Shown: positions 1-9,485, numbered from the stretch's first letter. The stretch is DNA of 64,000 nt from Candidatus Acidiferrum sp. (GCA_035313865.1 DATFZY010000035.1:466-64465), one strand, 5' to 3'. A program made the numbers and translations. Notes: generated by a model not told the origin, from the sequence alone.

Positions 1-1
1 A

Positions 2-910
2 CCTGGCGCCGGGTCGGAGCACGACGGCGACGCCGTCAATTTTGATTTTGGCGGCTTCGATTTTGCTGGCGGTTCCGGCGCGCAAGGCGGCCAATCCAGT
101 TTCCGCGATCTCTTCAGCCAGTTCTTCCGCGGCGGCCGCGGTGGAAGTGAAGGACCCGAACAAGAACCCGGCGGCGACCTCGAATATCAGATCGAAATCG
201 ACTTCTGGGATGCCGTTCGCGGCGCGGTCAAGAAACTCACCATCACACGGCTCGACGCCTGTGACACGTGCCACGGCACTGGCGCAATCGGCTCCGCTCA
301 AACCTGCCCGACGTGTCACGGCTCCGGAACGATCCAACAAGCAGCTGGCAAGATGAAGTTCAACGTCCCCTGCACGCGCTGCGGGGGCACTGGCATAATC
401 CGCAAAGTGTGCCCGACGTGCAGCGGCGAAGGCCGCCTGCGTAAAACGGAATCCATCGACGTTCGCATTCCCGCGGGCGTAGCCAGCGGCTCGCGCGTAC
501 GCGTCCCCGGCAAAGGCAACGCCGGAACCATGGGCGCGCCTCCTGGCGATCTGTACCTGCGCGTAGACGTAAAGCCGCACGCCTTCTTCGAGCGCCGCGG
601 CGATGATCTCTACACCGAAGTTCCGGTCACGGTGACGGAAGCCACGCTAGGCGCAAAGGTAGAAGTGCCGACAATCGACGGCCGGTCGCTGGTCCGCATT
701 CCGCCCGGCACGAACAGCGGCAAGACGCTGCGCCTGAAAGAAAAAGGCGTCCCGAGCGCCCGGAGCGGCGCGCGTGGCGATCAATACGTGGAAATCCAGG
801 TAGTCGTCCCGCAACCAACGGACGAGCGCGTCCGCACCCTGATGAAAGAACTCGAAACGGTAGATCCCGGAGACCCGCGCAAGGATTTATTCGCGAAAGC
901 GGGCGTTTGA
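2..910 (+). CDS. dnaJ: Molecular chaperone DnaJ (5' end outside the window)
   Basis: Frame open from base 2: G/F-rich linker (NFDFGGFDF...FRDLFSQFF), four CxxCxGxG zinc-finger repeats (CDTCHGTG, CPTCHGSG, CTRCGGTG, CPTCSGEG) and C-terminal GDLY...F.R.GDDL motifs. Confidence 0.95.
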   Translation, partial: PGAGSEHDGDAVNFDFGGFDFAGGSGAQGGQSSFRDLFSQFFRGGRGGSEGPEQEPGGDLEYQIEIDFWDAVRGAVKKLTITRLDACDTCHGTGAIGSAQTCPTCHGSGTIQQAAGKMKFNVPCTRCGGTGIIRKVCPTCSGEGRLRKTESIDVRIPAGVASGSRVRVPGKGNAGTMGAPPGDLYLRVDVKPHAFFERRGDDLYTEVPVTVTEATLGAKVEVPTIDGRSLVRIPPGTNSGKTLRLKEKGVPSARSGARGDQYVEIQVVVPQPTDERVRTLMKELETVDPGDPRKDLFAKAGV

Positions 911-915
911 ATTTG

Positions 916-999
916 GTAGGGGCACGGCATGCCGTGCCCGTCTGTGCAAGGTGAAATGAAACGTCGACTGTAGGGCACCCGCTGCGGCGGGTGCCCTAC
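916..999. repeat. Two GTAG-type REP-like palindromes
   Basis: GTAGGGGCACGGCATGCCGTGCCCG (916-940, identical copy at 12886-12910) and the inverted repeat GTAGGGCACCCGC-tgcg-GCGGGTGCCCTAC (970-999). Confidence 0.8.
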
Positions 1000-1017
1000 A
1001 GTTGAAAAAATAAAGCA

Positions 1018-1413
1018 ATGCCACCACGAGCCAGAAAACGAGCCAAAGCCGGCTACATGATCAGCGCGGTAGCGGAGCTATACAAGCTGCACCCGCAAAC
1101 TCTGCGTCTCTACGAACGAGTCGGCCTGCTAAAGCCGTCGCGCTCGCAAGGCAACACCCGCCTCTACACCGACTCCGACCTCGAGCGCCTCGACGTAATC
1201 CTCACGCTGGCCCGCGACATGGGCGTAAACCTCGCCGGCATCGAAATCATCCTGAACATGCGCGAAAAAATGGTCGAAATGGAAAGACAGATGTCGGAAT
1301 TCGCCAGCGTAGTCCAGCAAGAACTCTCCCGCGTAGCTTCCCTCCGCGGACAAGACAAAGAACCCCGCCACGCTATCGTCCGTGCTACGCCGCGCGTCAC
1401 TCGTACTTCCTAG
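1018..1413 (+). CDS. hspR: MerR-family heat-shock repressor HspR
   Basis: YMISAVAE...HPQTLRLYER.GLL.PSRS.GNTRLY...LARDMGVNLAGIEIIL motif, directly downstream of dnaJ. Confidence 0.85.
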   Translation: MPPRARKRAKAGYMISAVAELYKLHPQTLRLYERVGLLKPSRSQGNTRLYTDSDLERLDVILTLARDMGVNLAGIEIILNMREKMVEMERQMSEFASVVQQELSRVASLRGQDKEPRHAIVRATPRVTRTS

Positions 1414-1467
1414 TAGCACAGACACTCCTGTCTGTGACCTTTGGCAGGACAGACATTTCTGTCTGTC
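1413..1467 (+). repeat. REP-like doublet (GTAGCACAGACA family), copy 1
   Basis: GTAGCACAGACACTCCTGTCTGTG followed by a GACAGACATTTCTGTCTGTC hairpin; near-identical to 2100-2154. Confidence 0.8.
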
Positions 1468-1553
1468 GCCGCGAAAATTCCGAGACATTAAGGATTAAGA
1501 AGACAGGCGAGAATGCGTGTCCTACCAGGCAGTTTCCCAAGAACGGCCGAGAA

Positions 1554-2069
1554 TCAGAGCGAAATCCAGCCAGCCTTAACAAGCATCTCCTGAGCAACCT
1601 CGGTCACCGAGCGATTCTCGTTTGTAATCGTGAAGTCTTCTAGTTTCGCGACGTCAAGGACGGCATTCAACTTCGCGACGCGAACAACAAATTCGCTCTG
1701 GCGCGCACCCGTTTCGCGTATCTCGACGCGCTGCTTCATAGTTTCGATGTCCGCGGTAAGCCGGCAGACGACGGTATTCGCTGCTGATACAGCCTCGTGG
1801 CAAGCCACGAGCTCGGCGTGACCTTCGATAGCACGTGCCAGCAAAATTCGCTTCACGCCAATGGATGCATAGTTTTTGCAGACAGACGCGAGATTGCAAT
1901 ACATCACGTCGTCGCTAGGGGTTCCTGTTGGAAGATGCGCAACCCCGAGTGCATCCAGGTCAATCGCTGCGTGCGCAATGTTGCGCAAAGCAAGAATGTC
2001 CGACGCTTCCCCCAGAACGGCCGACTTGCCTGCTCCCATCGATCCCGTAATGATAAGCAGCGATTCCAC
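1554..2069 (-). CDS. Small P-loop kinase / AAA_33-like nucleotide-binding protein
   Basis: N-terminal LIITGSMGAGKS Walker A and ID.D motif; 171 aa. Confidence 0.75.
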   Translation of the reverse strand: MESLLIITGSMGAGKSAVLGEASDILALRNIAHAAIDLDALGVAHLPTGTPSDDVMYCNLASVCKNYASIGVKRILLARAIEGHAELVACHEAVSAANTVVCRLTADIETMKQRVEIRETGARQSEFVVRVAKLNAVLDVAKLEDFTITNENRSVTEVAQEMLVKAGWISL

Positions 2070-2099
2070 AAGCGCTCCATTCGCGTTCCATCATGCCAT

Positions 2100-2154
2100 G
2101 TAGCACAGACACTCTTGTCTGTGCTTTCGGTAGGACAGACATTCCTGTCCGTCC
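2100..2154 (+). repeat. REP-like doublet (GTAGCACAGACA family), copy 2
   Basis: GTAGCACAGACACTCTTGTCTGTGC followed by GGACAGACATTCCTGTCCGTCC. Confidence 0.8.
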
Positions 2155-2300
2155 ATTTCTCCAGGCCTGAAAATTCGTCCTTATTGAGTGAAATTGGGGA
2201 CGACCAAAGAAACGGGCAAAAAAGCCTGTCCCACTATCCATCCACAGTTTTCCCAAAGCAGCAACTTGCCGTTAAGCCTCCGTAAACGTAAGCTGTCGGC

Positions 2301-3095
2301 ATGGCGCTTGAGAATTGCACTCTTTGCCGCGGCACAGGCTGGAAGCTCGTGTCGCGCCCCGACGGAGCCGCGGGCAAAGTAGCTGCCGCCTGCGACTGCG
2401 GCATGCAGCAGCGTTCCGAGCGCGTCATCGAGCGCGCCCACATTCCTAAGCGTTACGAGCACTGCGATTTCGAAAGCTACAGCACGGAAGTCGGAACGAC
2501 GCCGCAGCATATCAGCTCCCTCAAGAACGGCAAGGTGCTCGCCCAGGGCTTCGTCCGCGATTATCCGGGCACCGCGGAAAAAGGCCTCCTGCTGATGGGT
2601 CCATCAGGGGTAGGCAAAACGCATTTGGCGGTTGCAATTCTAAAAGAACTGATTCGCCGCGGCCACGTCGGTCTCTTCTGCGATTACCGCGAACTCCTGA
2701 AAGAAATCCAGGCCAGCTACAACCCATCCAGCGAATCCACGGAAATGGCCATCCTCGAACCCATCCGCACGGTCGAAATCCTGGTCCTCGACGACCTCGG
2801 CGCCAGCAAACCTTCCGACTGGGTCCGCGACATCGTCGGCATCGTCCTGAACGCCCGCTACAACGAACGCCGCACCACAATCATCACCACAAATTATTAC
2901 GACAGTCCCGCGACCGAGGGCGAAGCCACGCGTCTTCCCAGTGGAAAGCTGATGATGCCCACGCGCGAGGACTCCCTCGAACAAAGAATCGGCAGCCGCA
3001 TGCGCTCACGCCTATTCGAAATGTGCCGCACGGTAGAAGTCGTCGCCCCAGATTTCCGCCGCGAATCCACCCAAGCCGGCCGCGCCCGCGCTTAA
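2301..3095 (+). CDS. DnaC/IstB-like AAA+ ATPase (putative helicase loader) with N-terminal Zn-binding motif
   Basis: CxxCxGxG...CxC, GPSGVGKTHL Walker A, LVLDDLG Walker B, TIITTN, R..SRL.EM. Confidence 0.85.
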   Translation: MALENCTLCRGTGWKLVSRPDGAAGKVAAACDCGMQQRSERVIERAHIPKRYEHCDFESYSTEVGTTPQHISSLKNGKVLAQGFVRDYPGTAEKGLLLMGPSGVGKTHLAVAILKELIRRGHVGLFCDYRELLKEIQASYNPSSESTEMAILEPIRTVEILVLDDLGASKPSDWVRDIVGIVLNARYNERRTTIITTNYYDSPATEGEATRLPSGKLMMPTREDSLEQRIGSRMRSRLFEMCRTVEVVAPDFRRESTQAGRARA

Positions 3096-3103
3096 GCAGC
3101 CCG

Positions 3104-3655
3104 TCAGCGCAAGTCTATTTCAAATGGCTTTGCATGAATGGACTTCGTCAGCACGACGCCCTTCGCCTCTGGTAGCCTTGCAGCATCCTTGGTTCCAGGT
3201 AGGCCGGGCGAGTAACTGGCGACGACGCGGTACCGGCCGCGTCTTTTAGGGGGACACACTACGTTCGTTTTCCACCCAACAATTTGGCTCGGGGCCACGA
3301 AAACAAAATGCTCTCTGAGCAACGTGGTTGCATCTTGATCAGTTGTTGGCAATCCGTCAGCTGCGAATCCGCATGTCTGGGCTCCCCTGCCAGAGAGAGT
3401 TTCGATCTCCACAAAGAACCCGGGAATACCACCGCCAGCTCCTCCCCAGCCCTTCGCCAGGTATACGCCTCTGCCGCCCGCCTCCAAAAGAAGAGTGACT
3501 TCGATGGGTTCGCCAACTTTAAAAGAACGTTTAGCAGGAATTATCGACACTGTAGCAAGATCTTCCGGCTGCGCGACTGGCGCAACTTCATTCTAAGCAG
3601 ACGCATTTCCCGAAATCAAAACTAGTGGATATAGAATCGCAATATTCAGGTACAT
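3104..3655 (-). pseudogene. Secreted Ig-like hypothetical protein interrupted by an in-frame TAG (ORF track shows only 3104..3550)
   Basis: ATG at 3655 reads MYLNIAILYPLVLISGNASA-TAG(3593-3595)-NEVAPVAQPEDLATVSIIPAKRSFKVGEPIEVTLLL in a single frame. Confidence 0.6.
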
Positions 3656-3751
3656 CGCCCACCCCAATGTTTCGCCACCAATTCTACCCGTTTAGACACG
3701 TACAATGATTCCGTTGTTCCAACGCTTAGGCAGGAGCTTGGTTCGAAACTG

Positions 3752-4273
3752 ATGCTGGCACGCAAGGCAAAAATTGTGGCGGCGCTTCAAGGTTCGGACC
3801 GGCGCTCCATCGGCCGCGCAAACGAAGTAGCGCGCCTGGTTCTCAAAGAACCGCGCCGCTTTCGCGAACTCATCGCCTGCCTCTGGCATGACGATCCCGT
3901 CATCCGCATGCGCGCCGCCGACGCCGCCGAAAAAGTCTCCGCCAAAAAACCCCGCCTCCTGGATCGCTACAAAGCCGAACTCCTTGGCCTACTCTCCGAA
4001 GAAGAACAAATCGAGATGCGCTGGCATCTCGCCGCCATGGTGACGCGGCTTCGCCTCACGCCCGCCGAACGCAAGCGCGCCGTAGAAGCTCTGCATCGCT
4101 ATCTGGATGATCGCAGTTCCATCGTAAAGACTTCCGCTCTGCAAGCCCTCTCCGACTTAGCCCAGGCCGACGCCACGCTTCGCCCCAAAGTGAAGCAACT
4201 CCTCGAAGAATCCCTCCAGTCCGGAACGCCCGCGATGAGAGCCCGCGCCCGCAAACTCCTGAAAGGCCGCTAA
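3752..4273 (+). CDS. HEAT-repeat protein
   Basis: Helical repeats DDPVIRMRAADAAEK and DRSSIVKTSALQALSDL; coding-like codon usage. Confidence 0.75.
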   Translation: MLARKAKIVAALQGSDRRSIGRANEVARLVLKEPRRFRELIACLWHDDPVIRMRAADAAEKVSAKKPRLLDRYKAELLGLLSEEEQIEMRWHLAAMVTRLRLTPAERKRAVEALHRYLDDRSSIVKTSALQALSDLAQADATLRPKVKQLLEESLQSGTPAMRARARKLLKGR

Positions 4274-4362
4274 GACTAGCCAAATATTTCCCACCGATTT
4301 GCACTTCCGTTACATAGCCTCTTTAGACTCCTTCCCGTGCCAATTTCTCCAAACCGCTTTCA

Positions 4363-4392
4363 TTGACACAAACGCAACGCGGCGAGTATTCT
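4363..4392 (+). promoter_or_regulatory. Sigma70-type promoter for rpsA
   Basis: TTGACA (4363-4368), 18-nt spacer, TATTCT (4387-4392), about 180 nt upstream of the rpsA ATG. Confidence 0.6.
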
Positions 4393-4571
4393 CTTAAGGT
4401 TGCAGCGCGCCTCGAAACGCCCGCAGCACCTTGTCCCGTAAGACCGCTTAGCGGTTAACCTCCTTGCACAACCCCGTCAGGGAATTCGCAAGGAATTTTA
4501 TCGACGTTTGCGTGACCCCGGCTTGACCGGGGTCGGACAGAATAGAAGTTATCTCCCGGAGGCCAACAACC

Positions 4572-6596
4572 ATGTTTTCTGACCACGACCACCAGTCCGC
4601 AGCTTCAGCCCCCGCTCCCGCACCAGATTCAGAGCCAATCCAGAACAGCACCTCAACGGAAGCCAGTCCGGACCACACCAGTGTGTCCGAACCAGTTGCG
4701 CACGAGAGCGCACCTGAGCACGCCTCAGCGGCGAGCGAGGGCGCGGAAGGCTCGCACGGCAAGCCTGCAGAAGCCGCGTCAGCTCCCGTAGCAGTCGCGG
4801 AAGCTCCAGCCGCCTCCGAAGTACACGCCATCACAGCTCCAGTTCCGGCGGACGCGGAAGCCACAGCCGCCGCCGAAGAAGCCGCCGGCTCCGAAGAGAT
4901 GAGCAAGCTGATGGAGCAGTACGACGAGCAGCACGAAGCTGCCTCGCAAAACGAAATTATAGAAGTAAAGGTTGTCGCCTACACGGAGCACGGCGTAGTC
5001 GTGGACCTCGGCGGAAAAACCGAAGGCCTGATCCCCGCGGTGGAATTCTCCGAGACGGACATTCCGCGTCCCGAGCCCAACGCCACCATCGAAGTCCAGC
5101 GCACTGGCGAGCACAAAGACGGCTTCACGATTCTCTCGTATCAAAAAGTTCTCCGCCGCCGCACTTGGGAAAAGATCGAAGCCGCCTTCAAAGCCAAGGA
5201 AACCATCACCGGCAAAGTGGTCGACCGCATCAAGGGCGGCCTCGTCGTGGACATCGGCGTCCGCGCGTTCCTCCCTGGCTCGCAATTTGACCTGCGCCCC
5301 ACGCAGAACCTCGACGATCTGAATGGCACCGAAGTCCAGGTCCGCGTTACCAAACTCAACCGCCGCCGCGGCAACGTTGTCGTCAGCCGCCGCGCGCTTC
5401 TCGAGGAAGAGCTGCACGCCAAGCGCGCCCAACTCATGGAAACGCTGCAAGAAGGCCAAGTCGTGCACGGCCACGTGAAAAACGTCACCGAGTACGGCGC
5501 ATTCGTAGATCTCGGCGGCATCGACGGCCTGCTGCACCTCACCGACCTGAGCTGGGGCCGCGTCAAGCATCCATCCGACGTCGTCAAGCCGGAGCAAGAG
5601 CTCGATGTCATCATTCTCAAATTCGACAAGGAAAAGCAGCGCGTCTCGCTCGGCCTGAAGCAGCTCATGCCCGACCCGTGGGTAAACGCCTCAGAAAAGT
5701 ATCCCGCCGGCGGCAAAGTGAAGGGCAAAGTAGTCGGCGTTGTTGACTACGGCGTCTTCGTAGAACTCGAGCAGGGCATCGAAGGCCTCGTCCACGTCAC
5801 CGAGCTCAGCTGGTCCAAAAAAGTCCAGCATCCCTCGAAGCTCTTCAAAGTGGGCGAAGAAGTCGACGTCGTCGTGCTGGACATCAAGCCCAGCGACCGC
5901 CGCGTCTCTCTCGGCATCAAGCAAGCTCTGCCGGATCCCTGGCTTCTCATCGCGGACAAATATCCCGTCGGCACTATCGTCACCGGCAAGGTCCGCAACA
6001 TCGCCGAATTCGGCGCCTTCATCGAAATCGAAGAAGGCTTTGACGGCCTTGTCCACGTCGGCGACGTAAGCTGGACCGAGCGCATCAAGAATCCGCATGA
6101 AGTTTTCAAGAAGGGCGAGCCGGTCACCGCAAAAGTTCTGAAGATCGATCCGGAAAACCGCCGCGTCTCCCTGGGCATCAAGCAGGTCAATGACATCTGG
6201 GGCGAGTGGTTCAAGCAGCACAAGGTCGGCCAGATCGTCAAAGGCAAAGTTTCGCGCATCGCCACGTTCGGCGCCTTCGTGGAGCTCGGCGAAAATATCG
6301 AAGCTCTCTGTCACAACACCGAGATCGAGGAGCGCAAGCGCCGCGATGACGTCCACTCTCCCATGCACCGCACCAGCACCGGCCCGCTCAAGAGCGCCGG
6401 TCCGCTCGAACCGGGCAAGGAATACGACTTCAAAATCATAAAAATCAGCCCGGAAACGCGCCGCATTGGGTTAAGCTATCGCGCCGCCGCCAAGCAGATC
6501 GAGCGCAAGGAAATCGAGCAATATCGCTCCACGTCAAAGTCTTCATCGACCGCGACGATTGGCGACGCGCTCAAGTCCAAGCTCTCGGCTCGGTAA
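4572..6596 (+). CDS. rpsA: 30S ribosomal protein S1
   Basis: Repeated S1 domains (YGAFVDLGGIDGLLH, YGVFVELEQGIEGLVH, FGAFIEIEEGFDGLVH) and a long acidic N-terminal extension. Confidence 0.97.
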   Translation: MFSDHDHQSAASAPAPAPDSEPIQNSTSTEASPDHTSVSEPVAHESAPEHASAASEGAEGSHGKPAEAASAPVAVAEAPAASEVHAITAPVPADAEATAAAEEAAGSEEMSKLMEQYDEQHEAASQNEIIEVKVVAYTEHGVVVDLGGKTEGLIPAVEFSETDIPRPEPNATIEVQRTGEHKDGFTILSYQKVLRRRTWEKIEAAFKAKETITGKVVDRIKGGLVVDIGVRAFLPGSQFDLRPTQNLDDLNGTEVQVRVTKLNRRRGNVVVSRRALLEEELHAKRAQLMETLQEGQVVHGHVKNVTEYGAFVDLGGIDGLLHLTDLSWGRVKHPSDVVKPEQELDVIILKFDKEKQRVSLGLKQLMPDPWVNASEKYPAGGKVKGKVVGVVDYGVFVELEQGIEGLVHVTELSWSKKVQHPSKLFKVGEEVDVVVLDIKPSDRRVSLGIKQALPDPWLLIADKYPVGTIVTGKVRNIAEFGAFIEIEEGFDGLVHVGDVSWTERIKNPHEVFKKGEPVTAKVLKIDPENRRVSLGIKQVNDIWGEWFKQHKVGQIVKGKVSRIATFGAFVELGENIEALCHNTEIEERKRRDDVHSPMHRTSTGPLKSAGPLEPGKEYDFKIIKISPETRRIGLSYRAAAKQIERKEIEQYRSTSKSSSTATIGDALKSKLSAR

Positions 6597-6797
6597 GCGG
6601 CGAATTTTTTGCAGCAAACCGGTCCGCTCTCCCAGGGGCGTCCGGAGGGGACAGCAGCTCACAATTTCATTTACCTGCGGGTCAATTTAATGATAGGAAG
6701 AGGGGCAACCGGGCGCGTTCCGCCGCCCCTCTAAGCCGTTTCGCACCAGGAACCTGCGGCCGCCGGCACTTTGGCTCTGCAACGAGGCATAGGCACG

Positions 6798-7163
6798 ATG
6801 ACGAAGCAACTCACGCTGACGAAGGCCGACCTCATCGAAGAGGTCCTGCGCATCACCGAACTTCCTCGCAAGGAGTCCGAGTCCATCGTCGAGACCATCT
6901 TCGACAGCATTATCGAGTCTCTCCAGAAGGGCGAAAAAATCGAAATTCGCGGCTTCGGCAGCTTCCGCACGCGCCAGCGCCGCGGCCGCGTCGGCCGCAA
7001 TCCCAAGACCGGCGAAAAGGTCGAAGTCCCGCCGAAGAAAATTCCCTTTTTCAAGCCCAGCAAAGAACTCAAGGATTTTGTAAACACCGCCGAAGCCGAA
7101 GCTTCCGCGGAAGAGTCTTCCTCCGCCGCAGCCCCAGCTTCCGGCGACGCCAAGCATTCCTAA
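6798..7163 (+). CDS. ihfB: HU/IHF family DNA-binding protein, probably IHF beta
   Basis: TKADLI...IEIRGFGSF...GRNPKTGEKVEVP..FKPSKELK; rpsA-ihfB synteny; ATG at 6798. Confidence 0.8.
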   Translation: MTKQLTLTKADLIEEVLRITELPRKESESIVETIFDSIIESLQKGEKIEIRGFGSFRTRQRRGRVGRNPKTGEKVEVPPKKIPFFKPSKELKDFVNTAEAEASAEESSSAAAPASGDAKHS

Positions 7164-7224
7164 CCGACATCCGCATTTCTTTTTCAAATTTAAATTGTTC
7201 GCGAAATTAGACTAGACTCTCCTT

Positions 7225-7270
7225 CTCTGCGTCCTCCGTGCCTCAGCGATCTCTGTGTAATGTTTTTCTT
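7225..7270 (+). repeat. Degenerate 9-mer tandem array (CTCTGCGNN)
   Basis: ctctgcgtc ctccgtgc ctcagcgat ctctgtgtaatgtttttctt; related arrays at 7895-7924, 20048-20084 and 48374-48420. Confidence 0.7.
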
Positions 7271-7370
7271 ATTTGTAAGCATGCGAGCTGTCTCCAACAC
7301 GACCGCGCCTTCGCGATGCCGTTTTGCTATGCTGTCCCCTCAACTTTTTTGCCTTTGAGGAACTCTGCCG

Positions 7371-7859
7371 ATGGACTATCTCTGGAGCCCCTGGCGCTAC
7401 CAATACATGGAGCAAGTCTCAGGCGCAAAGCAGCCGGAGTGCTTCTTCTGCGACGCCGTCGCCCGCAAGGACGACGAAAACACGCTCATCGCCTTCCGCG
7501 GCGCAAAGACCTTCATCATCCTCAACCGCTTCCCCTACACGTCGGGCCACGTAATGATCGTCCCCTACGCCCACGTAGCCGAACTGGGCCTATGCGAAGC
7601 GGGCGCACTAGACGAAATGATGGCGTTGGCCCAGCGCGTGGAAAAAGCCTTCCAGACCAACTACAAGCCCGACGGCATGAACCTCGGCATGAACCTCGGT
7701 CGCGCCGCAGGAGCCGGCGTAGTCGGCCACTTGCACCTTCACGCCCTCCCACGCTGGTTCGGCGATTCCAACTTCATGACAGTTACCGCCGAGACCCGCG
7801 TCCACCCAGAAGAGCTCTCGGTCACCTACTCCCGCCTAAAATCCGCCCTCGCCACCTGA
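7371..7859 (+). CDS. HIT-domain hydrolase (Ap4A phosphorylase-like)
   Basis: LWSPWR, CFFC, LNRFPYTSGH, G.NLGRAAGAG and the HLHLH histidine triad. Confidence 0.92.
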   Translation: MDYLWSPWRYQYMEQVSGAKQPECFFCDAVARKDDENTLIAFRGAKTFIILNRFPYTSGHVMIVPYAHVAELGLCEAGALDEMMALAQRVEKAFQTNYKPDGMNLGMNLGRAAGAGVVGHLHLHALPRWFGDSNFMTVTAETRVHPEELSVTYSRLKSALAT

Positions 7860-7986
7860 TCGCTTTTCCGCGTGCCAATTTTTCGCTTCTTCCTCTCTGC
7901 GCACTCTGTGCCCTCTGTGTTAAAACCAACCTTCCACTTCAGCCCGGGCCTAACACGAAAAACGCAAAACTAACCCTGCTCGACAT

Positions 7987-8055
7987 GTAGGGTCATCCTT
8001 CTGAGGATGACCGTTTCTTCTTCAACTCTTCAACTCTTGAACTCTTGAACCTCTT
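7987..8055 (+). repeat. REP palindrome GTAGGGTCATCCTTCTGAGGATGACC plus 8-mer (TTCAACTC) array
   Basis: The same REP occurs twice at 15484-15605; ttcaactc/ttgaactc x4 at 8021-8055. Confidence 0.75.
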
Positions 8056-8112
8056 CCCGTCCCTCTGCCAGCTGTGAGCTCTCCCTCGTTCTGCGCTAAA
8101 CTTATCCCGCCC

Positions 8113-9255
8113 ATGAACCTCGACCTGACCGAAGAACAATCCCTTCTCCAAAAAACCGTCCGCGAATTCGCCGAATCCGAAGTCCGCCCGCTAGCCAAAG
8201 AACTCGACGAAACCGGCCACTTTCCCCACACCACTTTCAAAAAAGCCGCCGAGCTCGGCCTCACTGGCATCGCCCTTCCCGAATCCGAAGGCGGCGCCAA
8301 CTTCGACCACATCGCCTACACCATCGTCATCGAAGAAATCTCTCGCTGCTGCGCCTCGACAGGTGTGATTCTCTCCGTCCAGAACTCTTTGTACTGCGAT
8401 CCCATCCACCGCTACGGCACTCCAGAACAAAAAAAGAAATTCCTCGAACCGTACGCGCGCGGCGAAAAAATCGGCTGCTACGCCCTCACCGAGCCGCAAG
8501 CCGGCTCCAACGCCGCCGCTCTCCAAACCAAAGCCGTCCTCCACGGCGAAAAATACATCCTCAACGGCACCAAAGCCTGGATCACCAACGGCGGTGCCGC
8601 CGACGCAGCAATCGTCTACGTCAACACGCACCCCGAAAAAGGCGAAAAAGGTATCACGGCGCTAGTCGTAGAAAAAGGTACGCCCGGTTTCAAAACCGGC
8701 AAGGAAGAAAAAAAACTCGGCATCAGCGCCACCGCTTGCTGCGAATTAATTTTCACCGACTGCGAAGTCCCCGCCGCCAATCGCATCGGCAACGAAGGCG
8801 AAGGCTACAAAGTCGCGCTCTCCACCCTCGACGGCGGCCGCATCGGCATCGCCGCGCAAGCTCTCGGCATCGCGCAAGGCGCTTTCGAAGCTGCCCGCAC
8901 CTACTCGCAGGAACGCCTCGCCTTCGGCCATCCCATCGCGCAATTTCAAGCCATCCAGTTCATGCTCGCCGATATGGCCACCGAACTCGACGCCGCCCGC
9001 CTCCTCGTTCGCAAAGCCGCCTGGAAGCAAGACACCGGCGCCCGCTTCAGCATGGACGCCGCCATCGCCAAACTCTTTTCCAGCGAAATGGCCACCCGCG
9101 TCACCCACAAAGCCATCCAGATCCACGGCGGCAACGGCTACTCCCGCGAATATCCCGTCGAGCGCCACTACCGCGACGCCCGCATCACCGAAATCTATGA
9201 AGGCACCTCCGAAATCCAGCGCCTGGTCATCTCCTCCTGGCTCCTCCGCTCCTGA
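8113..9255 (+). CDS. Acyl-CoA dehydrogenase (short/branched-chain type)
   Basis: ALTEPQAGS, LNGTKAWITNG, LDGGRIGIAAQ, QIHGGNGY, RDARITEIYEGTSEIQ. Confidence 0.95.
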   Translation: MNLDLTEEQSLLQKTVREFAESEVRPLAKELDETGHFPHTTFKKAAELGLTGIALPESEGGANFDHIAYTIVIEEISRCCASTGVILSVQNSLYCDPIHRYGTPEQKKKFLEPYARGEKIGCYALTEPQAGSNAAALQTKAVLHGEKYILNGTKAWITNGGAADAAIVYVNTHPEKGEKGITALVVEKGTPGFKTGKEEKKLGISATACCELIFTDCEVPAANRIGNEGEGYKVALSTLDGGRIGIAAQALGIAQGAFEAARTYSQERLAFGHPIAQFQAIQFMLADMATELDAARLLVRKAAWKQDTGARFSMDAAIAKLFSSEMATRVTHKAIQIHGGNGYSREYPVERHYRDARITEIYEGTSEIQRLVISSWLLRS

Positions 9256-9293
9256 CGTGTTTTGCTCTTGATTTTCGAGTTGTGCTAGCGTTG

Positions 9294-9460
9294 CTACAGC
9301 AGTCTTGCAAATTCTTCAAGGCTAATTCCCAAATCCTGAATGATTCCGCGGAGCGTTTTCCGCTTCAATTCACCCGGTGCATCGGAATCACCACGCGTGC
9401 TTGGTCGCTCGCCCGCACGAAGATTGCGTGACTCCCGCTCTGCCGCCGAAACCGAAACTC
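9294..9460 (-). pseudogene. hicA: HicA-family toxin remnant (frameshifted, 5'-truncated)
   Basis: Minus strand reads EFRFRRQSGSHAIFVRASDQARVVIPMH, then after a frameshift near 9373 GELKRKTLRGIIQDLGISLEEFARLL-stop; GSH and V.IP.H motifs present; no start codon found. Confidence 0.75.
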
Positions 9461-9485
9461 ACCACTCGCCACTTCTTCACGCGAA

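Noticed and set aside
911-1017. HAIR operator for HspR
   Set aside because: No CTTGAGT-N7-ACTCAAG seen; the interval holds only REP palindromes, and the operon promoter is outside the window.
2301-3095. IstB of an IS21 element or a prophage replication gene
   Set aside because: No IstA transposase, terminal inverted repeats or phage genes nearby; codon usage is host-like.
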